Source: Marsupella aquatica (taxonomy: Eukaryota > Plantae > Marchantiophyta). From it: a DNA stretch of 64,000 nucleotides. Below are positions 1 through 12,146 of this stretch, piece after piece. Position numbers and translations under genes: made by a program. The notes below the pieces were generated by a model, which did not search any database, was not told where the DNA came from, and saw only the letters and a list, made by a program, of their open reading frames with translations. The stretch is from NCBI GenBank assembly GCA_973895155.1, contig OZ316895.1:6316136-6380135 (forward strand), written 5' to 3'. The stretch's first letter is position 1. The number at the start of each line of letters is the position of its first letter.

Positions 1-329
1 AAGTTGTGGGGGGTGCACTGTCCCTCCCCCTTCTCACGAGTCACCACACAAGATATAGGATTCATCACTCGCCTAAATAGGGAGATGCTACAACAAGACG
101 TTGGGAGGTACCGAGTGAAACACTCCCAATCTCATGGGAGTGTTGAATCTTACCTGAGGCCTTGTCATGAGGCTCACTATCTACTATCAATTGCTATCTG
201 AAGATGAGAGAAATTGCTGGGTGAGCATGAAACTAGCTAGCCATATCTTATGGCACTGATTTATGACTAACGAGGAGCCTGAATTCATGAGTTCGTTGAG
301 ATGGTAATTTGCCTTTCATTTGGAAGTTG

Positions 330-1530
330 ACCTTGTTGAAGAAGTCTACCAAGTTCAAGTATTTTCTTGATATCTTCCCAATACTTCTTAGGGTGGACAA
401 CAGTAGATGGCCTTGGAAAGCGTGCTAATCCATTAAATAACCTCCATCTCAACTTTCGAGAGAATTCTTGTGGCAATTTTGTAATGGTGGCATAAGAATC
501 ATCAAATTTTATAACAAATTTACTGCTAGGAATGATTGTGCACAATCTAGATGAACATTGACAACTCAGGGTAGTTGCCATCCACCAGTATATAGGCCTT
601 ATTGTACTCAACACCATTTAAATGGAAAGAGATGTTAGCAGAGTCATTGAAAATCCACTCATTCAACAATGGAGACCCATCATTCAAGAACGATTGGGTC
701 TGTGTTTCCCCTTGGCAACCAAGAAACTCGTGTCATATTCAAAGTTCTTCATCACTTTTTCCACGCCGAATGCATGCAATCGGTGACTCAAACATACGGT
801 CGGGAAAACCTTTGTCTTACTGAATTGTGCGATGGGTCTGGAAATTTTGGGCATTTGGCTTCCTCAAATATTTGGCCTCACACAAATCTCTAATTGCTTT
901 CATGAACTTGGGGGTCTCAATATATGGACCCCCTGTCATAACCTGCATTTTTTAGGTCAGGTACACCCTAAAAGACGTAAGAAACAAATTTTGGGGGAAA
1001 TTGATTTACCATTGTTCATTTAGAATCTCACTGGAGTGTTTGGTTATATAATATTATAATGTCCTTAACCAAAAATATGAAAGAATTCTCTTAGAACCCA
1101 TAAATTGACCCTATGCTTTGTTGCAAGTGATCTGTTGTTTTTGCAGAAGTGAGACCCCGGAGTTCACAAAGATGAGTGATTCCAAAACTGTACTCTATCA
1201 AAGTTGACAATATATTTTGGTTGCATCTGCCCCAATTCCATAAGCCAGCTGTCCAAGTGCTGAGATGATTTTTGATGTGACGACAGATCTACCTTTTCTA
1301 TAGCATCAACCTTTAATAATAAAAAAACATATGTGCACGGATGGCCTCAACGAATTTGATGAACAATGTAGAGCTCATTCTACACCTCTGTCTGAAAGAC
1401 CATCTCCCCATATGTTGGAACTTCTACAAAGTAATCATTCCAAAGGTCCTTGACACCTTTCCCCTTTTCCTGTGCAAATTCTCTCTCCTACTTGGCCTCA
1501 ACCCTCCGTGCTTTCTCTTCCTCTTTTGAT
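330..1530 (-). pseudogene. Degenerate PIF/Harbinger (ALP1/HARBI1-like, Plant_tran) DDE transposase
   Basis: Minus-strand frames give, in order, LWNDYFVEVPTYGEMVF, ISALGQLAYGIGADAT, GFP..MF..DCMHSAWKK, FHLNGVEYNKAYILVDGNYP and QEFSRKLRWRLFNGLARF. These match the plant Harbinger motifs DYF..P.Y, LAYG..AD, GSIDCMHW.WK, YYLADGIYP and QE..RKDVERAFG.L.ARF. Many stops and frameshifts; boundaries approximate. Confidence 0.8.
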
Positions 1531-1843
1531 TGACAATTTCTGTGATAGCTAGCGGTCCAGTGAACATCATGAGTCAAAATCTGTCCTCACCCAAATCTTG
1601 AGTGTAGTTGTCTGTCTGTAACTTCAGAATCTTCTTTGCACCTTTCTAGAGCATGCATCTATAGCAATCCTTTTCAGAGTCCTCAAGTTGGCAAGTTCAT
1701 CTAGACAAAAATAACGGGTCACTACTTGCACACAGTAGGATGAGAGCACATGTGAGAAAGGAACGAGTGCACACAAGAAGAAAAGAATGCTGCGTGAACA
1801 AGAAGAAGAAAGTTGTGACGTGTTGCAAGGCAGAGCCGTCAAA

Positions 1844-2193
1844 CTTGGGGGGGGGGTCACTTCCACGGAAGTGGCACATCATGCATATGCGACAATGTAT
1901 AGGCCTATTTAAATGGATATGGTGAAAGACTTCCAAAATTTGGTGGAATAACAAATAAGGCATGATTTATTGACTGGTTGGCTTTAAAGAACAAATAGGC
2001 ATATTTAATTGTAAAAAATACTCTTTAAAGTTTTTAGGGGCTTTTTTAGTAAAAATAACATAATTTAAAGAAAGTAAGGGTTTTGCAAAACAAAACAAAA
2101 AACACTTATAAGTTAGGGGAGTCAAACCCTAAAATGTCGCATGTGATGTATGGCCCTCCATATAGTGACCTTCCCCCCCCCCCTCCCCTCCAG
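1844..2193. mobile_element. MITE-like non-autonomous DNA element, G/C-run TIRs, 8(-10)-bp TSD
   Basis: Imperfect TIRs CTTGGGGGGGGGGTCACT...AGTGACCTTCCCCCCC..CCAG around an AT-rich core. Flanked by direct repeat CCGTCAAA (1836-1843 and 2194-2201; extendable to AGCCGTCAAA). A related right end occurs at 62370-62438. Confidence 0.6.
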
Positions 2194-2554
2194 CCGTCAA
2201 ATGTGCAGGTGTTGTTATCTTTCATGTCACAAGTGCTAGCCAAGTGCAAATGCACGTCAAGTAACTCTGACTAGACTAGTTTGGACCATTGCAAGGACAG
2301 GTTGAACGCACGGTTAGCATGGGGGACTATTTCCTGGAGACCTTTAGGGGTATGTCTACTTTGGGACAAGGCCAGCAAAAAATCAGTACCTTAATCAACC
2401 CTGTAAATTTCCCCAACAGTAGCTGAAAATCTCCAAATTGTTGGTTAGGGCTCTTAGAAGGATGGAAGACAATCATTGCCTAAAACTTCCATTCATTTGA
2501 TTGAAACAACATAAAACAAGGCTCAGTGACTGAGTATAAGTTTGCTCAACATGC

Positions 2555-3011
2555 TGTTGAGCATAGACGACGATCGCAACGGCAAGCCCATGAACCATCC
2601 AACGCACAATAGTCGACACAAGAGATACGTGGTTCACCTCCTTGAGGCTACGTCCACGGGAACACACAAGAGAGCTTTACTGAACTCTAAGCCCGTCGGC
2701 TATACCGAGTCTCCACTGTGTAAGCTCTCCCTATCTCTCAAGTGGCTCCATAACAATGAGCCTTGGTTCTACCTCTCCAAGCACACATGCCTCTTATGAT
2801 ATAGTGTGCAACTTAGTTGTACCTAACCACATAGTTGTACCTAATCACGTAGTTGTACCTAACCACATAGTTGTACCTAATCACGTAGTTGTACCTAACC
2901 ACATAGTTGTACCTAATCACGTAGTTGTACCTAACCACGTAGTTGTACCAACCCACGTTGTTGTATCAACCACGTCATACCTAACCTAGACGTAAGAGTA
3001 AATACCCAACA
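2555..3011 (-). repeat. 3' LTR of copia #1, with 18-bp tandem array in U3
   Basis: TGTTGAGC...CCCAACA, near-identical to 8666-9122. The adjacent ATCTTCCCCTTGA is the reverse complement of the PPT. Confidence 0.97.
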
Positions 3012-3202
3012 ATCTTCCCCTTGACTCTGGTCTAGGGGAGAGTAATACTGCCAATGTATATGATCCCTCAGCGGGAAGTTCTGGACAGAAACCAAACCGG
3101 TTTCCCTCTCTAACTAGAGCAAACCAGAACTAAGCCGTAGCCTAATACATAGGAATGAGGAAGAGCATATATCAGTAATTACAATGAATGTTTAAGAAAA
3201 CT

Positions 3203-6200
3203 CTACTTGTGATGCAATTGCAAAACCTGCAATACGTCACGGTGTCTAGAGAAACTCTCCAAAGGAATCACTTTGGTAAATGCGTCAGCCGGGTTGAGTT
3301 TACCATCAATCTTGACTAGCTCAAACAAATTATCAGACACAGTCTGCCTGATAAAATAGTACCTGACGTCAATGTGCTTCACTTTGCTGTCCATCACCTG
3401 GTTCACAGCAAGGTGGAGCGCACTTTGACTATCACAATGGAGCTTCACATTCCCCTGTGGCAATCCCATTTCAGTGATAAGTCTATCCAACCAAATCGCT
3501 TCCTTTGCTGCTTCCGCAGCTGCAACATACTCCGCTTCTGTAGTAGACTGAGCAATACACTTCTGCAAAGTAGACCTCCAACTTATGCATCCACCGCCAA
3601 GTGTGAACACGTATCCTGTTGTTGATCTCCTTCGGTCCAAATCTTGTCCATAGTCAGAATCTACATAGCCAATCAATGATCTAGCATTCTTTGCATTCGC
3701 ATCAAATAAAAGACCATGATCCACGGTACCCTTCAAGTACCTGATAATCCACTTCACTGCTTCCCAGTGTACCTTCCCTGGATTCGACATGTACCTGCTC
3801 ACCTTGCCCATAGCCATGGCAAGATCAGGTCTAGTGCAAGTCATCAAACACATGAGACTCCCCACTGCCTTGTCATATGGAACCTTTGACATCAACCCCT
3901 TCTCTGTGTCATCCGTAGGACAGAACGCTGATGATAACTTGAAGTGTGGAGCCAACGGGGTACTTACTGGCTTGCTATTCTCCATGTTGAACCTTGCAAT
4001 TACCTTCCTCGCATAACTGCTCTGCGTCAACCATAGCTTGCCAGCCTCCAAGTCCCTAGTGATCTTCATACCCAAAATCCTCTTAGCTGGCCCTAAGTCC
4101 TTCATCTTAAACTCTGCACTAAGCAGTGCCTTGAGCTTAACAATCTCAGACCTATCCTTGGCTGCAATTAGCATGTCATCCACATAAAGTACTAAAACAA
4201 TGAACCCAAAGACAACATTCTTCACCGGTTTCAAATACACACAAGGGTCAAATACACTTCTGTGAAAACCTTGTGACCGAATCCAATCGTCAAACCGCTT
4301 GTTCCACTGTCTTGGTGACTGCTTCAACCCATACAAGGATTTCAGCAATCTGCAAACAAATTCCGTCTGTCCTCTCTTCACAAAACCTAGCGGTTGTCTC
4401 ATGAAGATCACCTCTTCCAATGTGCCATAGAGGAAAGCTGTGACAACATCCATCTGATCTAGGAGCAGACCAAACATTACAACAAGTACACACAATAGTC
4501 GTATTGTAGAGTACTTAGCAACTGGTGAGAAGACCTCATTGTAATCCACACCTTTCTCTTGTGTGAATCCCTTTGCTACCAATCTAGCCTTGTAGACCTT
4601 CGATCCACCTCCTATGGAATTATCCTTCAGCTTGTAAATCCACTTGCTATCCACCACTTGCTGACCCTTAGGCAGCTTAACAAGCTCCCAAGTTTTGTTG
4701 TCCTTTAGTGACTGCATCTCCGTTTGCATTGCTGCAGTCCACTTCTGCTTCTCTTTTGAAGCACTTGCCTCATGAAATGAAGAAGGTTCTCCTTCTTCCA
4801 AAATTAACGCATCACCCTCATCATCAGCTGTAAAATCATCCTCTTGCAGTTGAGATGAATCAACCCACTGTCCATACCTTGATGGAGCGCGTACAGTGCG
4901 ACCAGATGTTCTTCTAGCCGATGACTCCGGTTGATCTGCGTGTGCTGGTACAATTTGAAGCTCAACAGCATCCACTTGTTGCTCACCAGCATCAACAAAC
5001 TCCTCTGGTTCCTCTGGCACAGGAACCAGCTCCATAATTGGAGCAACTCCTTCTCTCCGGTCATGCACCTCATAACCAATCTCCCCCTCAACGAGATCCG
5101 GGATAGGAGATTTTCCTTTGTCAGTACGGGAGACCTGAGTATTCTCCCCCTCCTTCAATAATCTGGATTCATTGAAGGAAACATCCCTACTGACAACGAG
5201 CTTACAGGCAATAGGATCCCATAGCCTATAGGCTTTCACACCACTCTGGTACCCAAGAAAAACACATTTCCTGGAGGTAGGATCCAACTTGGTCCTATTC
5301 TGCTTTGGTGTGAGAGCATATGCATCACTTCCAAAAATTACCAAGCCATGATAGTCTGCTTGCCGCTTATAGCGCATCTCAAACGGCGTTTTGAAATTGA
5401 TAGCACTAGAAGGAGAAAGATTTACCAAATAAGCTGCGGGATTGACAGCTTCTGCCCAAAATTCTTGTGGTAAACCTGATTGGCTCAACATACTCCGTGA
5501 CCGCTCCAACAGTGTCCGATTGAGCCTCTCAGCGACACCATTCTGCTGCGGAGTATAAACTGTGGTGAGATGGCGAGTTATCCCCTGTTCTGAACAGTAC
5601 TCTTCAAATTCCATTGAAGTGTACTCCCCGCCGTTGTCTGACCTCAGACTCTTCACCCTTGTATCCAAACACTTGATCGTGTTTCCAGTCTGATTCTCCA
5701 CCTGGGCCTTCCACTTCTTAAAAATGGACAAGACATTAGACTTATGCGTCATGAAATAAATCCACACAAATCTTGAGTAATCATCAATAAATGATACATA
5801 GTACAACTTTCCAGAGTGTGAGGGAGTCGGGGATGGACCCCACACGTCACTATGTATGTACTGAAGAACCGCTTTGGAACGATGAGTTCCAACACCAAAA
5901 GCACGACGACGCTGCTTTCCAAGAATGCAATGCTCACAAAACTCTAATTTACAAGATTGCAAATCAGAAATGAGTCCATTCTTCCGTAAGATAGCCAAAC
6001 CCTTCTCACTCATGTGGCCTAGCCGTGAATGCCACAGTTGAGTCATCTCCTCGTGAGACTTGGTTACATTGGCCTCTCCACATACAGTATTGCCTTGTAA
6101 CACATACAAATTCTTTTGTCTACTCCCCTTCAAAATCACTGTCTCTCCCGACCTGACTTGAAGTTCACCATCAATAACGCTCCATTGATGACCATTTGAA

Positions 6201-6476
6201 TCCAACACACCAAGTGAAATCAAATTCTTACGCATGCCAGGTACATACCTGACTCCGGACACTGTGCGCACAGCGCCATCAAACATTTGAATCTTCACAG
6301 ACCCAATTCCCTCAATTTGACAGGAGTGATCATTTCCCATCAGAACTGAACCGTTTGAAACAGAGTAAGAACTGAAAAAACTCACGAATGTAACAAATAT
6401 GAAAAGAGCAAGCACAATCAAGAATCCACACATCATCTGCTCTCCTAGATGACATGCACAGGGCATACCCCCGGCT
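3203..6476 (-). CDS. pol: Copia pol (protease, GAG-pre-integrase, rve integrase, RVT_2, RNase H); 1-nt frameshift in protease
   Basis: Motifs LWHSRLGH, CEHCILGK, HSDVWGP, SDNGGEY, QQNGVAER, KARLVAKGF, LYGLKQSPRQW, YVDDML, CDSQSA, KHIDVRY. The protease motif WILDCACSFHIC is in the gag frame; an A6 run at 6375-6380 (A5 in copy #2) shifts the frame. Confidence 0.95.
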
Positions 6477-7511
6477 TCATAAAACATACTCATCATTGAG
6501 TAAATCAGCTTCTCCATCAGCCCTAGCCACATTTGCCGATGAAGTTTCCGCTGCCTTTCCCTTACAGTCTCGCTTGAAGTGTCCAACTTGGTTGCACTTC
6601 CAACATGTCACTTGCCTCCTCTGAGGGGATTTACCCTTGGACTTAGATCTGGATTTAGATCTAAACTGGGTTCTACGGTCCCCAGTTGGTCGCTGCATAC
6701 TCCTCCCACGGTTAACATTGAGGGCAGCACCAGATGATGAAGGCTGTGACGTGATGTGCATCTTCTGCTGAAGATCATCACTAAGCAGAGAACTTACCAC
6801 GTCATTGTATGAAATGGTATCCCTATCACGATGCAACAACACTCGTGATAGGGACTGGTAAGATGGAGGCAATGAACTAAGAAGCTGCAGAGCCTTCGTC
6901 TCATCATTCAAAGTCTCCCCAAGGTTTTCCAAGTCAACGACCATGTCGTTGAAAGCATCCACATGGTCTTGCAACTTCGTACCAGATTCCTTCATCCTGA
7001 AACTCATCAGTTTGTAGGAAGTGTAGAGCCAGTTTGACAACTCCTTGCGGTGATACTTGCTCTGCAATTCCGCAAACAAGGACATGCAATCCTTATGTGC
7101 ACCTAACTGCTTGATGATGGGAGGCATGAGATAGAGTGTAACACACCACACTCCCTGCTCCTGCATGCGGTCCCATTGTTTCTCATCAACATCGTCTTCA
7201 CGAGGGCTCAGCAGTTGGCCCATCCCTGACGCATAAAGCACTCCCTTCACCTGCTTCTCCCATAGCAAGTAGTCAGAGCGCCCATCATACTTTGTCACTT
7301 CATACTTGGGTCCCCCAAGCTTGAAAGTCCCCATCTTCTTCTTTACCGTGAGCTCCGGTAGTAGTACTGCTTCCTCCACCACACGCCGCACCGGTGATGG
7401 TATCGGTGTCACGTGCTCTTCCTCCTGCTCCTCTCTCTACCCCTGAAACCTCCGCGGTGATCCTCGTGCTTCAAGTTCCACGTCTTCGAAAAACTCCTCC
7501 GAATCACTCAT
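6477..7511 (-). CDS. gag: Copia gag (Retrotran_gag_2 + CCHC zinc knuckle), one premature TAG near 7438
   Basis: ORF 6477-7412 with CWKCNQVGHFKRDC. Probable true start MSDSEEFF at 7511, by comparison with copy #2 (20208). Confidence 0.92.
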
Positions 7512-8651
7512 ATGAGAAAGTCACAAAAAATGTTGTTTTTCACAACTTCTCAAAAAACTCGAAACTCAACATCGCCGCGTAGCCCACAAAGCTAGGAGTC
7601 CAATACTGAAAACCAAAATCAAAATCGAAATTTGACGGAAAAGTTATTCAAATTTCGGTCGAGGTGGGTAAAACCTTGGGAAACTCCCCCGTTTTGACCA
7701 CCTCAGGGAATAACCGAAATACCAAGTACAACCCGTTGTCGGAATTGCGATGTGATTGGTGCGCTGCATTGCCAACTTCAATGGCTACGACCTCGCCGAA
7801 AAATAACCAAAAAAGTTACCGTTCGGCGGATGAAATCTTTGTCGGACGATCAAAAAATAGCTCTCTGGTTTTTTGGAATATTCTATGACCCTTGTACAGG
7901 CCCTGTGGGAATTTTGGAAGAACAATCGAGGGGCTGACATGTGTCCTCGAACCCCCAAAACCCCCTACCACCCTTCGTCGTCGAAATCTGGTCGCGCGCG
8001 CAGAAAATACACACGGCAGAATGTACCCCTCGACACCAAACGCAAGATATCTCACTCGGGTTTTGACAAAATCAAGATCCGATTTCAGATTTGGAAACTA
8101 GACTCCGAGGCGATGAAGATCGATATAAGAAGCACCCAAAACGAGGAAAGAACGAGAGAGAAAAAAATTGGTAAAGATGACAGATTTCTCTCAATTGCCA
8201 TAGCCAATTTCGAATCAGTTTTTCAAAGAGAAAAAAATGGTACCTTGTCAACAACGAATGTTGATCAATTGCACTTGGTGCCGTCACCAAGTCCAACAAG
8301 GTAATTGATTTTGCTTAGCCTTCCTCTTTGCATCAAAGAGCCAATCCCGGACTCAAAAACAATCGTCTTGCCTCAATCTCTCCGTTGAGTCAAAACACTT
8401 GATGCTTCTCCCTCCGAGTCGATTGCCAACTTTCTTCACAAAATCCAGAACGACGAAAACTTAGATCTCTCTGCACCACGAGCTCCGTTCAACGATTTCT
8501 TCACACCGTTAGAAAGCTCTTGCCCTGATCTATCCGTTGAGCCCATAAACTCCAAGTTCCATGCGATGGAACTCTGGAAAATCCACCAACACTCAACGCT
8601 GGAAAAACCGTCATGAAATCCCGTCACGAACACACGTCACCTCCCAAGCAT

Positions 8652-8663
8652 GCTCTGATACCA
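8652..8663 (-). promoter_or_regulatory. Primer binding site (tRNA-iMet) of copia #1
   Basis: Reverse complement TGGTATCAGAGC lies 2 nt inside the 5' LTR. Confidence 0.95.
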
Positions 8664-8665
8664 AT

Positions 8666-9122
8666 TGTTGAGCATAGACGACGATCGCAACGGCAAGCCC
8701 ATGAACCATCCAACGCACAATAGTCGACACAAGAGATACGTGGTTCACCTCCTTGAGGCTACGTCCACGGGAACACACAAGAGAGCTTTACTGAACTCTA
8801 AGCCCGTCGGCTATACCGAGTCTCCACAGTGTAAGCTCTCCCTATCTCTCAAGTGGCTCCATAACAATGAGCCTTGGTTCTACCTCTCCAAGCACACATG
8901 CCTCTTATGATATAGTGTGCAACTTAGTTGTACCTAACCACATAGTTGTACCTAATCACGTAGTTGTACCTAACCACATAGTTGTACCTAATCACGTAGT
9001 TGTACCTAACCACGTAGTTGTACCTAATCACGTAGTTGTACCTAACCACGTAGTTGTACCAACCCACGTTGTTGTACCAACCACGTCATACCTAACCTAG
9101 ACGTAAGAGTAAATACCCAACA
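8666..9122 (-). repeat. 5' LTR of copia #1
   Basis: 457 bp, TG...CA, followed by TSD CATGC. Confidence 0.97.
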
Positions 9123-9489
9123 CATGCAACAACATAAAACATCAAACTCAGTTTGCTCAACATGCAATGACTTAATCAGAGCATGAAAAGAACTATCCTA
9201 GTGCTTGGGGACACCATGCAACATTGAACACAAATGTCCACCTTTTTGTGTGGCATCGTACAATTTTTTTGAGTGAGTGAGTGAGTGGCAGGGTAGAACA
9301 AGCTTATTGAAGGGCTGCACTTGGCCGGTTTAAAAAAATAAAACTTCTGCTCTTTTTTGTGTATATTGCGCTTGGAGGAGAAAAAAAAAAAAAAATCAGT
9401 GTGCGGTAGTGGTTAAAACTTTCACATGTGTACTGTGCATCATCACTGAAATACTATTTGTACAAAGAGTGAACATGCATGGTAGTCAA

Positions 9490-10135
9490 TAAAACCTGTT
9501 CACCCTTGAAATGCATGAAATTATGGGACTAAAAGTGGTAACTTGTTCACCCTTGAGAATGCATGAAATTCTGTGACTGAAAGTGGTGGACTATGAGATG
9601 GAGGCCTGTGGGATGAGGGTATTTAGCTATGGGCTGGAGATTGGTGGGCTACAGGATGGAGACCAGAGAGCTAGAATATGAGGGGCAGAGGGCTATGGGA
9701 TGGAGGCCAAAAAGATATGAGCTGGAGCTCCAAGGTCTGTAGGGGAGGCCGGAGAGCTATGGGATGGAGGTGTGAGGACTATTGCCCTTTTGGCAAGAGG
9801 GCTTATGGGATGAAGGTGTGAGGACTATTGCCTTTTTGGCAAGAGGGCCATATGGGATGGAAAGTAGTATAAAAGTCAACTTTGTGTGACGTAAATAAAC
9901 CTTTAACACTAAATTTTTATGGGCTTGAGGGGTGGGTCCTGGTTGTTTTGGGGCATTGTTTTTTGGAGGGCTATGGTACCGGGTGGAAGGCATAAGGATC
10001 TGAAGGAGGGCTAGGGGATGGCTATGGGCTGGAGGGCGGAGAGCTATAGGATGAATGGCGAATGGCTATGGGCTGGAGGACGGAGAGGTATAGATAGAGA
10101 GCAGATAGCTATGGGATGGAGGGCGGAGGGCTAGT
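9490..10135. repeat. Degenerate tandem repeats (~47-bp duplication, then purine-rich GCTATGGG(A/C)TGGAGG units)
   Basis: TGTTCACCCTTG..ATGCATGAAATT..GACT.AAAGTGGT twice, GGTGTGAGGACTATTGCC..TTTGGCAAGAGGGC twice, and many GCTATGGG.TGGAGG copies. Confidence 0.7.
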
Positions 10136-11793
10136 GCCCTGTTGACAGGAAGGCAATAGGATAGAAGTTAGCATACTAGTCAACCCATAAATGAAATTTA
10201 ACATCAGAGTTTGAAGGAACATCACAAGCAATTTGACAAAAATGCGGTACAGGTGATGACCGTATCGAGGGAATGTAGGCCATCATACTGAAGTAATGAA
10301 CTGACATGTCCATCTTAGTGTTTTGGTCTACATTCTTGAATTCAGTTGTACAACTATGAAAAAATTCAAACTTGAAACTGTGGATTTGTAGAGAAACAAT
10401 TTTACCACTTGCACTGCAATTGGGAATCTGGACTTCACCATAGTTCCTAGTGTATACCTCATGCACTGTCCTCAAGGACTACAGCATGAAGTATCCATTA
10501 ATAATTAGGGTGTCTCAAAATTTCATAGATGCAAATAATGGTCATTGGTCATTAATAAATGATCATAACTTTTCACTAGCCTTTAGAGTGATTTATTGTC
10601 ATGACATATCATCAATATTTTATTGGAAAAAGTTATTGATCATGAATTTAGTAGGGCATCTCAATGCTTCAAATGTGACGGGCCTTAACTTAGTAGTTAA
10701 GGTTACCCACATAAAAAGTTGTGGACTACCAATTTCATGATACATAGTTTTTGCCTTTAAGGATAGTGATTTTATGCCAAGACCATAAGTCACTGAGGAG
10801 GCTAGTGAAAAAACAAAGCAAAAATTTTACATAATCATGTGAAAAAACTGTCACCCTTTGTTTATGGGCAAAAGTCATCATCCACAACTTTGAAGACAAA
10901 AACTTTTACAACCTTGTGAAAAAGCTATTATCGTTTATTTATTTATGGCCAAAAGCTCTCATCAGCAACCTTTGAAGCTTTGAAACGGCCTTGGCCTAGT
11001 AATCCATAACTTTTTCTGTGAGTAAGTAACTCAAGGTACATCATATAGGTACATCTGGTTAGAGACCCCATATTGATTGCACACTCGATAATATACCGAG
11101 AGGTCTCTTCGCGTTGACAGAACCAACAGCGGTCAATTACAATTATGCAGTCATTCTCTCTTTCAGTTTTCTGGCAGTTTGATATATTATCTTTCAGTCC
11201 AACGATAATTAAGCATAACTATTGAGCAGCTCCGCGTGACGTCTGTGTGTACCGTAGTCTCACGTTCTAATTAATAAGTCGACTCTTCATTATCCACATT
11301 GCCAGAAGCAAACCACCCACCTTCGGCGAGCGACGCCGACCAACTATAACCACCAGTGGTTTACAATCATGGTCGTCAATTTCTTGGTATTCCATACTCC
11401 GATACTCAAACGAAAATATGAGTGTTGAAGACCTCGTGCGTCTGGCAATTACCGTACATTGCTAATCTGAAGCACACCATCTTCATGGTGGAAATCCTTT
11501 GATAATATCTGATAACTTGTGCTATTGATGTGTCATGTCCTGCTGGTTTGTGGTGGACGGTGAGCAGGCAGTTGAGAAAAGATTCACCGTCTTGTGGTGT
11601 CCCTATAGCCCTCCCTCCTATCATGATGTACACCCTCAAAATCATTAAAAAGCACGACAGGAGCATGATAGTACCAACAGGTAAGTCTATCGCATGGCAG
11701 GGTAATCTCTGACGATTTTTTAGATTAGACAGTGTGGACAACGGTACCTTGTGTTGTGGAGAAGATGCTACCACTGTTCCGTGGAGCAGCTTG

Positions 11794-12146
11794 GCTCTGA
11801 ATAAATTGTAAGCTTCTCCGAGGCTCTGCTGCATAGTTTACCAGTACAAATCCATGCATTTGGCATTGGTAAACACTATACTATCCTAGCATTATAATAT
11901 CCAAACACGGCTGTGAATAAATTGTAGGCTTCTCCAAGGCTCTGTTGCATAGTTTACCAGTACAATTCCATCCTGTTGGCATGCATTTGGCATTGGTAAA
12001 CACTATAATATCCTAGTATACTAGCAATATAATATCCAAACACTGCTCTGAATAAATTGTAAGCTTCTCCAACGCTCTGTTGCACAGTTTACCAGTACAA
12101 TTCCATCCCATAGGTAAACACTGTAATATCCTAGCATTATAATATC
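11794..12146. repeat. Three tandem copies of a ~110-135-bp unit
   Basis: GAATAAATTGTA.GCTTCTCC...AGTTTACCAGTACAA...GGTAAACACT.TA.TATCCTAG..TATAATATC repeated three times. Confidence 0.85.

Larger units (their letters stand above)
2555..9122 (-). mobile_element. Full-length Ty1/copia LTR retrotransposon #1 (family A)
   Basis: 457-bp TG...CA LTRs (2555-3011, 8666-9122; about 3 substitutions by eye), TSD CATGC (2550-2554 / 9123-9127), PBS TGGTATCAGAGC, PPT, and gag followed by PR-INT-RT-RNH. Confidence 0.98.

Noticed and set aside
2756-2989. VVPNH-repeat ORFs (also 8867-9100) and other short LTR ORFs
   Set aside because: They are translations of the 18-bp LTR tandem repeat, antisense to the element, with no evidence of coding function.
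6380-6586. N-terminal ~70 aa of the 1127-aa ORF (hydrophobic, TM-like) and an apparent gag/pol overlap frameshift
   Set aside because: Artefact of one extra A in a homopolymer at 6375-6380. Copies #2 and #3 show the protease is in the gag frame.
9396-9450. tRNA/SINE-like GTAGTGGTTAA after a poly-A run
   Set aside because: No B-box or cloverleaf can be built.
10176-11834. Minus-strand ORFs of 99 and 142 aa as a host gene
   Set aside because: No recognisable domain or consistent exon structure; one begins inside a tandem repeat.
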